From positions 3,713-67,712 of the forward strand of contig JAHEDU010000003.1 of NCBI GenBank assembly GCA_024641015.1: DNA of 64,000 bases, written 5' to 3'. Each line of letters opens with the position of its first letter. Positions within the stretch are counted from its first letter, which is position 1. Positions 20,074 through 31,241 of the stretch are shown piece by piece. This stretch comes from Micrococcales bacterium. Its GTDB lineage: Bacteria; Actinomycetota; Actinomycetes; Actinomycetales; Microbacteriaceae. The notes under the pieces are model-generated. The model did not search any database. It was not told the origin of the DNA and worked only from the letters and a program-made list of their open reading frames with translations. The position numbers and the translations under genes were made by a program.

Positions 20074-21498
20074 CTAGCAGGAGAACGTGGTCTCGTACTC
20101 GAACGGGTGAGGACGCTGAGCCGAAGGAAGAACTTCGGACGAACGCTTGAGCGAGATCCATTCTTCGATCAGGTCCTTGGTGAAGACGCCACCCTGGAGG
20201 AGGAACTCGTGGTCGTTCTCGAGTGCCGTGAGGGCCTCGTCGAGCGAACCGGGAACCTGGGGGATGTTCTTCGCCTCGTCAGCAGGAAGCTCGTAGAGGT
20301 CCTTGTCGACGGGGGCGTGAGGCTCGATCTTGTTGATGACACCGTCGAGACCGGCCATGAGCTGAACAGCGAACGCGAAGTACGGGTTGCTCGATGCGTC
20401 GGGCGCGCGGAATTCGATGCGCTTCGCCTTGGGGTTCGTTCCCGTGATCGGGATACGAATCGCAGCCGAGCGGTTTCCGGCCGAGTAGACCAGGTTGACC
20501 GGAGCTTCGAAGCCCTTGACGAGACGACGGTACGAGTTCATCGTGGGGTTGGTGAAGGCGAGGATTGCGCCGGCGTGCTTGAGCACACCACCGATGTACC
20601 AGCGAGCAACGTCTGAGAGTCCTGCGTAGCCCTTCTCGTCGTAGAACAGCGGCTTGCCGTTCGACCACAGCGACTGGTGGGTGTGCATTCCCGAACCGTT
20701 GTCGTTGAACAGGGGCTTGGGCATGAACGTCGCGACCTTGCCGTGGATGTCGGCTTCGTTCTTGACGATGTACTTGAACTTGAGGATGTCGTCAGCCGAC
20801 TTCACCATCGTGTCGAAGCGGTAGTTGATTTCACACTGACCGGCGGTTCCCACCTCGTGGTGTGAGCGCTCGACCTCAAGGCCAGCTGCGGCGAGCTGGA
20901 GGCAGATCTGGTCGCGCAGGTCGGCGAGCTTGTCGACCGGGCTAACCGGGAAGTAGCCACCCTTGTGCGGGGTCTTGTTGGCGAGGTTTCCGCCTTCTTC
21001 CTTGCGACCGGTGTTCCACGCGGCCTCTTCCGAGTCAACCGAGTAGAACGACTTGCCGCTCGAAACCTCGTAACGAACGTCGTCGAAGATGAAGAATTCA
21101 GCTTCGGGAGCGAAGAACGCGGTGTCCGCGATGCCGGTCGAGGCGAGGTACTTCTCGGCCTTCTTGGCAACCTGGCGGGGGTCGCGGTGGTAAATCTCAC
21201 CATTGCGCGGGTTGTAGATGTCGAACACCATGATGAGCGTCTTCTCGACGCGGTAGGGGTCGACGTACGCGGTGGTTACGTCGGGGATGAGCTGAAGGTC
21301 GCTCTCGGCGATTCCCTGGAACCCGCTGATCGACGAACCGTCGAAGAGCTGGCCGACCTCGAAGAACTCTTCGTCAACGGTCGATGCGGGGATGTTGAAG
21401 TGCTGCTGGATACCGGGAAGATCGGTGAATCGGATGTCAAGGAACTTGACGTCTTCCTTCTTGATGAAGTCGAGGACCTCAGCGGGGGACTTGAACAT
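20074..21498 (-). CDS. glnA: Glutamine synthetase type I-beta
   Basis: FDGSS, HHEV, GSGMHTHQS, RIEFR and the adenylylation site DKDLYEL. Confidence 0.97.
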   Translation of the reverse strand: MFKSPAEVLDFIKKEDVKFLDIRFTDLPGIQQHFNIPASTVDEEFFEVGQLFDGSSISGFQGIAESDLQLIPDVTTAYVDPYRVEKTLIMVFDIYNPRNGEIYHRDPRQVAKKAEKYLASTGIADTAFFAPEAEFFIFDDVRYEVSSGKSFYSVDSEEAAWNTGRKEEGGNLANKTPHKGGYFPVSPVDKLADLRDQICLQLAAAGLEVERSHHEVGTAGQCEINYRFDTMVKSADDILKFKYIVKNEADIHGKVATFMPKPLFNDNGSGMHTHQSLWSNGKPLFYDEKGYAGLSDVARWYIGGVLKHAGAILAFTNPTMNSYRRLVKGFEAPVNLVYSAGNRSAAIRIPITGTNPKAKRIEFRAPDASSNPYFAFAVQLMAGLDGVINKIEPHAPVDKDLYELPADEAKNIPQVPGSLDEALTALENDHEFLLQGGVFTKDLIEEWISLKRSSEVLPSAQRPHPFEYETTFSC

Positions 21499-21563
21499 GT
21501 GGTGTTATCTCCTGCGATTTGGGTGGACCTGCGGGTGCAGTGCTTTCACGGTATCGACGCGGT

Positions 21564-21601
21564 GTGTCGGGACCGTCACACGAATGTTTCAGGGATGTTA
21601 C
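21564..21601 (-). promoter_or_regulatory. GlnR boxes upstream of glnA
   Basis: Minus strand GTAAC-n6-GAAAC-n6-GTGAC-n6-GACAC matches the actinobacterial GlnR consensus; -10 TACCGT lies downstream. Confidence 0.8.
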
Positions 21602-21614
21602 AAACGTGAAGTCG

Positions 21615-22295
21615 TTAGCGCGGCTTGGGTGCGCGCATCTTTGTCGGGTCGATGCCCTTCGGCATCTGTGACATCGGAGTCTTGGCAATCGAGTTCAAAC
21701 GGTTCGACACGACGAGGATCTCGGCGGTGCGAATTCCCTTCGGGAACTTGTAAATCGTCTTGAACATGTCCTTGAGCGCGATCCCGTCAGCACCAACGTG
21801 AACGACGTGTACGGGAACCGCGGGGACGATTCGCGAAACTTCCTTGCGCGCTTCGTCGACGAGCGGGGCAACGCGCGAGCGCTGGCCCTCACTGATGATG
21901 ACGACGCCGGGCCGGCCGACGAGTCGGTAGACAGTGTCGCTGCTCTTGTTCATGCGCACGGGGATTTCCGAGCCACGCCACGTGCGGCGAAGCTGGTTCT
22001 TGATCAGTGACGAAACAGCACCGACCTGACCCTCGAGGTTTGTGTACATCAACCGCTGCGTGATCTGGCCAAGGACAATGAGGAACACGAGAAGTCCCGC
22101 CATCAATCCGAGAACGACCCAGATGACGGCACCGACGGGGTTTCCGACGGACGTCGTTGCGAAGTAGATACCCGCCGCGATGGGGGCGATCAATGCAAGA
22201 GCGAGCCACAGCCACGCGAGCGGGACGCGCTTGATGACGAGGACGAGGACGTCGAAGAGTTCGCCGATGCGACCCTTGGGCTTGTCGTTTGCCAT
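21615..22295 (-). CDS. DUF4191 family membrane protein
   Basis: Two TM helices, EGQVGA, VYRLVGRPGVV and PKGIDP; usual neighbour of glnA and dlaT. Confidence 0.85.
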   Translation of the reverse strand: MANDKPKGRIGELFDVLVLVIKRVPLAWLWLALALIAPIAAGIYFATTSVGNPVGAVIWVVLGLMAGLLVFLIVLGQITQRLMYTNLEGQVGAVSSLIKNQLRRTWRGSEIPVRMNKSSDTVYRLVGRPGVVIISEGQRSRVAPLVDEARKEVSRIVPAVPVHVVHVGADGIALKDMFKTIYKFPKGIRTAEILVVSNRLNSIAKTPMSQMPKGIDPTKMRAPKPR

Positions 22296-22303
22296 GGAGC
22301 GCC

Positions 22304-23674
22304 TTAGATGCCGAGGTCGGCGGCCGAGAAGGCGCCGGCTTCGAGTCGAGCCTTCATCGCACCGAGGAAACGGGCGGCGTCGGCACCGTCGATGATGCGG
22401 TGGTCGTACGAGAGGGCCAAGTAGACCATCGAACGAATCGCGATCGAGTCGGTTCCGTTGCTCGAGACGACGACGGGACGCTTGACGACGGTTCCGAGTC
22501 CAAGGATTGCCGACTGCGGGAGGAATACGACGGGAGTGTCGAACAGTGCGCCGCGCGAACCGGTGTTGGTCACCGTAAAGGTTCCGCCCGACAGCTCGTC
22601 CGGAGTCAGCTTGTTGTCACGAGTGCGTGCAGCGAGGTCGGCGATCTCGGCCGACAGGGTCGCGATGCTCTTGCCGGCTGCGTTCTTGACAACCGGGGTG
22701 AGCAATCCGCGCTCGGTGTCGACGGCGATCGAAATGTTCTCGAAGCCGGGGTAGACGATGTCGTCGCCCTGGACCGTGCTGTTGATGATGGGGAAGGCCT
22801 GGAGCGCTTCGACCGACGCACGAACGAAGAACGGCAGGAAGGTCAACTTCTGACCGGTCTTTGCGAGGAACGAGTCCTTGATCGCATCACGCAACTGCGA
22901 AACAGCCGTGATGTCGACCTCGACAACGGTCGTCAACTGCGCGGTCGACACCATCGATGCAACGGCGCGTTCGGCGATGACCTTACGCAAGCGTGACATC
23001 GGTGCACGCGTTCCGCGCAGGTCAGAGACCGACAGCGGAACGTGAGCGGCGGCGGCAGGTGCTGATGCGGCGGGTGCAGCAACCGGAGTCGAACCAGCGG
23101 CGAGGACGTCTTCCTTGCGAATACGTCCACCAATTCCCGTGCCGGCGAGTCCGTTGATGTCCACGCCACGGTCGTGTGCCAATTTGCGGACGATCGGGCT
23201 GACGTACGGTGTGCCACTAGTTGCTGCGGGAACCGACGGAACCGAAACCGGGGCAGCGGGAACGACGGGAGCCGACACAACGGGTGCGACGGGTGCAACT
23301 GGAGGAGCCGGAGGCGTCACGACTACAGGGGCCGCCATCACGGGTGCAACCGGTTCGGGAGTAACGACGGGCTCGGGAGCCGCAGCTGGCGCTTCGGCGA
23401 CGGGAGCCGGTTCGGCAGGTGCTGCAGACGCGCCTGCGCCATCACCAACGCGAGCGAGGGGAGCGCCAACGGCGATGATCTCGTCCTCTTGGACAAAGAT
23501 TTCTTCGATGACGCCAGCAACCGGCGAGGGGACCTCGGTGTCGACCTTGTCCGTCGAAATCTCGACAATCGGCTCGTCGACCGCGACCGAGTCGCCGACC
23601 TTTTTGAGCCAGCGGGTGACAGTTCCCTCGGTGACGCTTTCGCCCAGAGCGGGAAGGTTAACGTTCGTGCTCAT
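22304..23674 (-). CDS. sucB: Dihydrolipoamide acyltransferase E2 (one lipoyl domain)
   Basis: STDKVD lipoyl site, Pro/Ala linker, GTGIGGRI and DHRIIDG motifs. Confidence 0.93.
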   Translation of the reverse strand: MSTNVNLPALGESVTEGTVTRWLKKVGDSVAVDEPIVEISTDKVDTEVPSPVAGVIEEIFVQEDEIIAVGAPLARVGDGAGASAAPAEPAPVAEAPAAAPEPVVTPEPVAPVMAAPVVVTPPAPPVAPVAPVVSAPVVPAAPVSVPSVPAATSGTPYVSPIVRKLAHDRGVDINGLAGTGIGGRIRKEDVLAAGSTPVAAPAASAPAAAAHVPLSVSDLRGTRAPMSRLRKVIAERAVASMVSTAQLTTVVEVDITAVSQLRDAIKDSFLAKTGQKLTFLPFFVRASVEALQAFPIINSTVQGDDIVYPGFENISIAVDTERGLLTPVVKNAAGKSIATLSAEIADLAARTRDNKLTPDELSGGTFTVTNTGSRGALFDTPVVFLPQSAILGLGTVVKRPVVVSSNGTDSIAIRSMVYLALSYDHRIIDGADAARFLGAMKARLEAGAFSAADLGI

Positions 23675-23701
23675 GATTCTTCGTTCTCCTCGAATCGGTT
23701 C

Positions 23702-25075
23702 TTACATCGCGTGAAGCGGCTTGCCCGCGAGGGCGAGGAACGCTTCACCAAGTGCTTCGTTTTGGGTGGGGTGCGCGTGCAGGTGCGGCGCGATGTCTTC
23801 GGGGTGTGCTTCCCAGTTGACGACCATCTGTGCTTCACCGATGAGTTCGCCGACGCGTGCGCCGATCATGTGCACGCCAACCACGGGGCCGTCAACAACG
23901 CGCACGACCTTGACCGAACCGGCCGTTTCGAGGATGTGGCTCTTGCCATTTCCCGCAAGGTTGTAGTCGTACACCGCGATCTGAGCGTCGCCGTACTGCT
24001 CCTTGGCCTTCGTTTCCGAGAGACCAACCGATGCGATTTCGGGCTCCGAGTAGGTGACCTTGGGGATGTTAACGTCGGACACCACGATGGGGTTCAGGCC
24101 CGCGATTTCTTCGGCGACGAAGATTCCGTGCTGGTAACCACGGTGTGCCAGCTGAAGTCCGGGGACGATGTCGCCGACGGCGTAAACACCGGGGATGTTG
24201 GTCTGCAGCCGTTCGTTAGTCAGTACGAAGCCACGGTCCATCTCGACTCCGACGTTCTCGTAACCGCAGTTCGCGGTTGCCGGTCCACGGCCGATTGCGA
24301 CGAGGAGGACATCACCCGAGATGGTTTCGCCACCTTCGAGCGTGACGGTGACGCCGTGCTCGTCCTGGGTTGCTGACTGGAAACGCACGCCCGTCTTGAA
24401 TTCGATGCCGCGCTTGCGGAATGCGCGCTCGAACTGCTTCGAGACCGACTCGTCCTCGTTGGGGACAAGTCGGGGGAGGCCTTCAACGATGGTGACTTCC
24501 GAGCCCCACGAGCGCCAGACCGACGAGAATTCGACGCCGATAACGCCACCACCGAGAACGATCGCCTTGTTGGGGACGTAGTCGAGCGTAAGAGCCTGTT
24601 CCGAAGTCAGGATGCGTCCACCGATTTCGAGACCGGGGATGGTCTTGGAGTACGAACCAGTTGCGAGAACAACGTTCTTCGCGGTGATCGTGGTGTCGCC
24701 AACCTGAACGGTGTTTGGGGACGTGAGGGTTCCGTATCCGTCAACGGTCTGGATTCCGCGAGCCTTCAACAAGCCCTGCAGTCCCTTGAACTTCGAGTCG
24801 ATGATTCCCTGGCGGTATGCGGAAACGCCGGCAACGTCAACACCGTGAAGGGTCGCGGCGACGCCGAACTTCGCGGCATCGCGCGCGTTGTCTGCAACCT
24901 CCGCTGCGTGAAGGAGCGCCTTGGTCGGGATGCAGCCGACGTGCAGACAGGTGCCACCGACCTTGTCCTTCTCAACGAGCGCAACGCTCATTCCCAACTG
25001 ACTTGCGCGAAGGGCGGCCGAATAGCCCCCACTTCCGCCACCGAGGACAACCAGATCAACCGTGATGTCGGACAC
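23702..25075 (-). CDS. lpdA: Dihydrolipoamide dehydrogenase
   Basis: GGTCLHVGCIP and HAHPTQNE motifs; RBS AAGGAG before the GTG. Confidence 0.96.
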   Translation of the reverse strand: MSDITVDLVVLGGGSGGYSAALRASQLGMSVALVEKDKVGGTCLHVGCIPTKALLHAAEVADNARDAAKFGVAATLHGVDVAGVSAYRQGIIDSKFKGLQGLLKARGIQTVDGYGTLTSPNTVQVGDTTITAKNVVLATGSYSKTIPGLEIGGRILTSEQALTLDYVPNKAIVLGGGVIGVEFSSVWRSWGSEVTIVEGLPRLVPNEDESVSKQFERAFRKRGIEFKTGVRFQSATQDEHGVTVTLEGGETISGDVLLVAIGRGPATANCGYENVGVEMDRGFVLTNERLQTNIPGVYAVGDIVPGLQLAHRGYQHGIFVAEEIAGLNPIVVSDVNIPKVTYSEPEIASVGLSETKAKEQYGDAQIAVYDYNLAGNGKSHILETAGSVKVVRVVDGPVVGVHMIGARVGELIGEAQMVVNWEAHPEDIAPHLHAHPTQNEALGEAFLALAGKPLHAM

Positions 25076-25156
25076 CAACACTCCTTGTACGTGTGAATGG
25101 AATTGGGCTCAGCGGGTCGCGCTGAGCCCGTTACAGACCGAGAACGAGCCTACTCC

Positions 25157-26620
25157 TTATTTCTTCGGGGAATGGGACAGGTCAGAGAGGAACTGGATCA
25201 ACGTGCGCACCATCGTTCCCGTCGCTCCCTTTGGGGTGTACCCGTAGGGACCTGCTGCATTGTTCGCCGGTCCCGCGATGTCGAGGTGCGCCCACGGAAT
25301 AGCGGTTCCGTCTTTGCGTGTTCCCACAAATTCCTTGAGGAAAATGCCGCCGATGAGCATTCCCGCGGCGGTGTTGCCGACCTTGGCGTTGGCGATATCG
25401 GCGATGTCCGTCGAAAGAACCGGGCGAAGGTAGTGGGGAAGCGGCATGTGCCACACTTCGTCGCCACTGTCGTTCGCGGCAAAGTTCAACTTCGTTGCGA
25501 CATCAAGGTCGCCCATGACTCCCGTAATGCGATCGCCGAGTGCCGTTCGAGCAGCGCCGGTCAGAGTAGCAACATCGATGATGATGTCCGGATTCTCTTC
25601 GCTCGCTGCGACCAAACCGTCAGCAAGCACAACGCGACCCTCCGCGTCGGTGTTGGTGACCTCGACCGTTTTACCGCCTCGAATCGTCACAACGTCGTTG
25701 GGCCGGATTGCGGTTCCACTCGGCATGTTTTCCGCGATGCAGAGCCATGCCGTCACCGCAATCGGCAACTTCAACTTGGCAGCGGCGCGAACGACGGCAT
25801 AAACCGTTGCGGCACCCGTCATGTCGTACTTCATGCCAACCATCGACGCGGCCGGCTTGATCGACAGTCCGCCAGTATCGAATGTGATTCCCTTGCCCAC
25901 CAGCGCAACGTGAACCTTTGCTCCGCGTGGCTTGTGGCGCAACACAACCATGCGCGGTGGTCGCGACGAACCTGCGCCGATCCCCAGGATTCCGCCGAAG
26001 CCGCCACTCTTAAGCTTCTTCTCGTCAAGGACCTCGACCGACAGAGTCGTGCCCTTGGCGCCCGCAGTCACCCGAGAGGCAAGTTCTGCTGGGCTGAGCA
26101 CATTCGGCACTTCGGTGACGAGATCGCGCACGGCCTTGACCGCGTCGACGCGTTCCTTGACGGAAGCGATATCGGGCTTGTGCTTGGACACCACGGTGAT
26201 CTTGGTGACGCCCCTCGCGGAAGGGCTGCTCTTTCGCGTGAGTGCAGGAATCGTGGCGAGTGCGGCGCCCTCAAGCGCCTGCCCGCTGTCATCCGTCGAT
26301 GCGCTGGGGAACAGTAGAGCGAGCGTCCCCTTGAGTCCGCGGGCTGCAGTTCCAGCGGCGTAACGGATCGGGTCAACGACTCCAGAGTTTTCGGGGATGC
26401 TCACCACGGTAATCGTGCGGTAGTCGCTCGATGCGGGAGCGGGGAAAGTCGCGACGGAATCAACGCCAGGTTCAAAATTGAGTCGGGCAATTGAGTCGCG
26501 AACCGCAGCGTCAAGGTCGCCCGTGAGCGGCGTCGTCCACTTTCCGTCCTCTGCTTTCGACACGAAAACCGCGAGCGAATCGGCGGGGACAAGTGAGGTG
26601 GAGTGCGCGAGAGTCGTCAT
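25157..26620 (-). CDS. pepA: Leucyl aminopeptidase (M17)
   Basis: GKGITFDTGG, MKYDM and NTDAEGR motifs; start MTTLAHS preceded by -10 TACGCT. Confidence 0.95.
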   Translation of the reverse strand: MTTLAHSTSLVPADSLAVFVSKAEDGKWTTPLTGDLDAAVRDSIARLNFEPGVDSVATFPAPASSDYRTITVVSIPENSGVVDPIRYAAGTAARGLKGTLALLFPSASTDDSGQALEGAALATIPALTRKSSPSARGVTKITVVSKHKPDIASVKERVDAVKAVRDLVTEVPNVLSPAELASRVTAGAKGTTLSVEVLDEKKLKSGGFGGILGIGAGSSRPPRMVVLRHKPRGAKVHVALVGKGITFDTGGLSIKPAASMVGMKYDMTGAATVYAVVRAAAKLKLPIAVTAWLCIAENMPSGTAIRPNDVVTIRGGKTVEVTNTDAEGRVVLADGLVAASEENPDIIIDVATLTGAARTALGDRITGVMGDLDVATKLNFAANDSGDEVWHMPLPHYLRPVLSTDIADIANAKVGNTAAGMLIGGIFLKEFVGTRKDGTAIPWAHLDIAGPANNAAGPYGYTPKGATGTMVRTLIQFLSDLSHSPKK

Positions 26621-26668
26621 GCCCCCAGCGTAGAGGGAGCGTCCCTCGAACCGCCGTAGCATGGAGGT

Positions 26669-27574
26669 GTGAGCACGTCGAGGTTGGTCTATCGGTCCGA
26701 GGGGGCAAGCGTCCCGGCGGGACTGCCACTGGTCATTCTGCTCACCGGGTTCATCGACGCGGGCCGTGCGGTCGCGTCGGCAAGTCGTCACGTCCTCGAC
26801 TCGACGCATCACGAAAGAGTCTGGACCTTCGACAACGACGAGTTGCTCGACTACCGAGCGCGTCGTCCCACGTTTACCTTCGAGCGCACGCACCTCACCG
26901 AATACCGTCCGCCGGAGCTGGTCCTTCGCCTTGTCACCGACGAGCTCGGTCACCAGTTCCTGTTGTTGACTGGTTATGAACCCGATTACCGTTGGGAGGC
27001 TGCCGCCGAGGCTGTCGTCAGTGCGATCGAACAGTTCGGCGTGAGCTCGACGTCGTGGGTTCACGCGATTCCGATGCCGGTGCCGCACACGCGTCCGCAG
27101 GCGATGACGATGAGCGGCAATCGCGACGAACTCATCGAGGCATATTCGATCTGGCGGCCCACGACCGAAGTTCCCGGAACCTTTGTGCATCTCGTCGAAT
27201 TCATGCTCTGTCAGATCGGCGCTCCCGTAGCCGGTGCTGTCTTGCTTGTTCCGCACTATCTCGCCGACTCCGAGTACCCGGTCGCAACTGTCGGCGTCCT
27301 CGACGCCATCACGACGATGACGGGAATAACGTTCCGGTCTGACGCCTTGAGAGAGAGTGGTCGCGAGTTCCTCAACGATGTTGCTGAGCAGGTCTCCCAA
27401 AACGATGAACTGGCCGAATTGGTGACAAACCTCGAAGCACGTCATGACAACTACATGTCGGAGAATTCTCCGCCGTCGCCGTTCGTCGATGATGAAGGAA
27501 AAGTTCCCAGTGCCGACTCGATCGGTGCGGAGCTTGAACGCTTCTTGCGATCGCGTGGCACCACGGACGAGTAA
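26669..27574 (+). CDS. PAC2 (proteasome assembly chaperone-like) family protein
   Basis: GFIDAG, LLDYRARRP, EPDYRWE, PHTRP and VPHYL motifs. Confidence 0.9.
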   Translation: MSTSRLVYRSEGASVPAGLPLVILLTGFIDAGRAVASASRHVLDSTHHERVWTFDNDELLDYRARRPTFTFERTHLTEYRPPELVLRLVTDELGHQFLLLTGYEPDYRWEAAAEAVVSAIEQFGVSSTSWVHAIPMPVPHTRPQAMTMSGNRDELIEAYSIWRPTTEVPGTFVHLVEFMLCQIGAPVAGAVLLVPHYLADSEYPVATVGVLDAITTMTGITFRSDALRESGREFLNDVAEQVSQNDELAELVTNLEARHDNYMSENSPPSPFVDDEGKVPSADSIGAELERFLRSRGTTDE

Positions 27575-27666
27575 CCGTCCGTGCTAACCTGTTAAGACAA
27601 GACCCCGAGTCGCCCGCCTGGCGGATTTGACACGGGGCTTCATACTGCCCGAAAGAGGATTAGTAC

Positions 27667-29262
<1,596 letters not shown>

Positions 29263-29265
29263 ATC

Positions 29266-30534
29266 GTGCGCATCGTCCTCGCGGTTGTGCTCGGGCGCCT
29301 CGTCCGAGTACTGACGCGACTGCGTGGCGGTGGGTCCGCTCTGCCGGGCTGGGTTGCGCTCAAGGTTGCGCCCCACTTCGTGAGCTACGTAATGGATCGA
29401 GTCCGTGTCGGCTCGAACAAGCCGATCGTCGTCGTCACCGGTTCTAACGGCAAGTCAACCACGACGGCGATGATTGTCGCGGCGCTGGAGGCCAACGGGC
29501 ACACAGTGTTCTCGAACCCGTCGGGTGGCAACCTGCCGCAGGGGATCGCGTCATCGATGCTCGCCGAGGTGTCTCTGACCGGCTCGCTTCGCGCAACCGC
29601 CGTCGTTTTGGAACTGGACGAGGCGTACGGGCCGAAACTCGTCGACATCATCAAACCGACTCACGCGCTGCTGCTCAATGTCCAGGTCGACCAACTCAAC
29701 CGCTTCTTCGAGCCCGAGCGCGTCATCGACATGGTCACCGCGATCGGGTCGTCTGCGTCGACGGTATTGGTCAACGACGCCGACGACAACACCCGACTCA
29801 TAGGGAATCGCTTGACCGATGGTGTGCGGACGGTTCAGGGTTTCGACGTCAGCGATGAGCTGGCGATGTCTGGTGTGTATGACGCGCAAGTCGGTTTCGA
29901 TAACGCTGCAGACAAGCGCGATCCGGTCGCGACGGTGACCGCGTCGCGTGGATCGACCGCGACCATTGTGGTTGGTTCCGAAACAGTCCATGTTGACCTT
30001 CCGTCACCGGGAATCCATTACGCGGTTGACGCTGCCGCTGCTCTGGGAATGGCGTCCCTGGTGCTCGGCGAAAGTGCCAACATTGGCGGGGCTGCTTCGG
30101 CAATCTCCGCGCTCAAGCCCGTTTATGGTCGTGGTGAATCTGTTGAAGCCTTTGGTGCACCGCTCACGATTGTCATGATGAAGAATTTCCCGAGCATGCA
30201 AGCGAACCTTGACGCACTAACCGAGAAGCCCGAATCCCTTTACTTGGCAGTTGATGAGGGAACGCCCGACCCGTCGTGGATCTATGACATCGACCTGTCG
30301 TCGATTGATCACGTCGATGTCGTCACCGGAACCAAGGCGTGGCAGTGGGAGACGAGGCTCGCGTACGCCGAGATTCCGGTCGGACGTGTTGAGCCCGACC
30401 CTACGGTCGCATTCGAAGCCTTTGGTTCCTCGACGACACCCTCACGCCAGCCCCATCGCACCGCCATCGTCAACTACGAGCAGATGATGGACTTGCGCCG
30501 CGTGCTCGGTTACAAAGAGATCGAGGGGGAGTGA
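29266..30534 (+). CDS. murT: MurT-like Mur ligase (DUF1727 C-terminus)
   Basis: VTGSNGKSTTT P-loop, ELDE, DQLNRF, GRGE and DPSWIYD motifs; no Cys4 zinc finger. Confidence 0.85.
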   Translation: MRIVLAVVLGRLVRVLTRLRGGGSALPGWVALKVAPHFVSYVMDRVRVGSNKPIVVVTGSNGKSTTTAMIVAALEANGHTVFSNPSGGNLPQGIASSMLAEVSLTGSLRATAVVLELDEAYGPKLVDIIKPTHALLLNVQVDQLNRFFEPERVIDMVTAIGSSASTVLVNDADDNTRLIGNRLTDGVRTVQGFDVSDELAMSGVYDAQVGFDNAADKRDPVATVTASRGSTATIVVGSETVHVDLPSPGIHYAVDAAAALGMASLVLGESANIGGAASAISALKPVYGRGESVEAFGAPLTIVMMKNFPSMQANLDALTEKPESLYLAVDEGTPDPSWIYDIDLSSIDHVDVVTGTKAWQWETRLAYAEIPVGRVEPDPTVAFEAFGSSTTPSRQPHRTAIVNYEQMMDLRRVLGYKEIEGE

Positions 30535-31241
30535 CCGTGCACATCGTCCACCTTTTCCCCGAGACACTTGGTCTCTTCGGGGATTCGGGTAATGTCCTCG
30601 CTCTTCGCAAGCGATGCGAATGGCGCGGGATTGACGTCCGAGTCACGGCGGTTGAACGCGGCGAGAGTATCCCCAGCAACGCGGACGTGTACGTCATCGG
30701 CTCGGGGTCTTCCAATTCGGTGAGGCTCGTCGGCGAGAACATCGATGAAGTGCGCGATGCGTTGACGAACGCGCTGACTCGCGATGCGTCGATACTTGCG
30801 GTGGGTGCGGGACTGCATTTGATGAGCGACCGAATCGATTGGTCTGATGGTTCCTCCACGACAGGCGCCGGGATTGTCAGCGGAGTGTCGGTGCCCAGGC
30901 CCACCCGGCTCGTCGGCGAGTTCGTTGGTTGTGTCGCGGACCTCTCCGTTGCGGGTTTCGTCAACACCGGACATCGACTGGAAACAGACGCGCCGGCGCA
31001 CATTCGGAACGTTGTCTTCGACGATTCGCACGACGAAGTTCAAAACGATGGTGTCGAGTTCGGCACCATCATCGGTACGCATTCTCACGGTTCCTACTTG
31101 CCCATGAACCCAGCGATCGCTGATTCAATTATTGCTCGCACTACCGGGCAGTCACTTGTGAAGGAGTCTGCACACATCGAACGCGCTGACCGGGCGGCTC
31201 AGGCTTCGCGTGACGCGATCAGGAAGCGCCTAGGGCTTTAG
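30531..31241 (+). CDS. gatD: GatD/CobQ-like glutamine amidotransferase homologue lacking the catalytic Cys
   Basis: HLFPE...GDSGN and HG-x-x-LP-x-NP motifs; the nucleophile elbow reads AVGAG rather than AICGG. Confidence 0.85.
   Translation: MTVHIVHLFPETLGLFGDSGNVLALRKRCEWRGIDVRVTAVERGESIPSNADVYVIGSGSSNSVRLVGENIDEVRDALTNALTRDASILAVGAGLHLMSDRIDWSDGSSTTGAGIVSGVSVPRPTRLVGEFVGCVADLSVAGFVNTGHRLETDAPAHIRNVVFDDSHDEVQNDGVEFGTIIGTHSHGSYLPMNPAIADSIIARTTGQSLVKESAHIERADRAAQASRDAIRKRLGL

Noticed and set aside
15804-21498. Two glutamine synthetase genes
   Set aside because: glnA1 with glnA2-glnE is the standard actinobacterial arrangement.
23220-23440. Repetitive Pro/Ala/Val coding tract
   Set aside because: It is the ordinary flexible linker of an E2 acyltransferase.
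26621-27445. 762-aa pepA ORF with a long N-terminal extension
   Set aside because: The extension is the antisense of the PAC2 gene; a -10 box supports the start at 26620.
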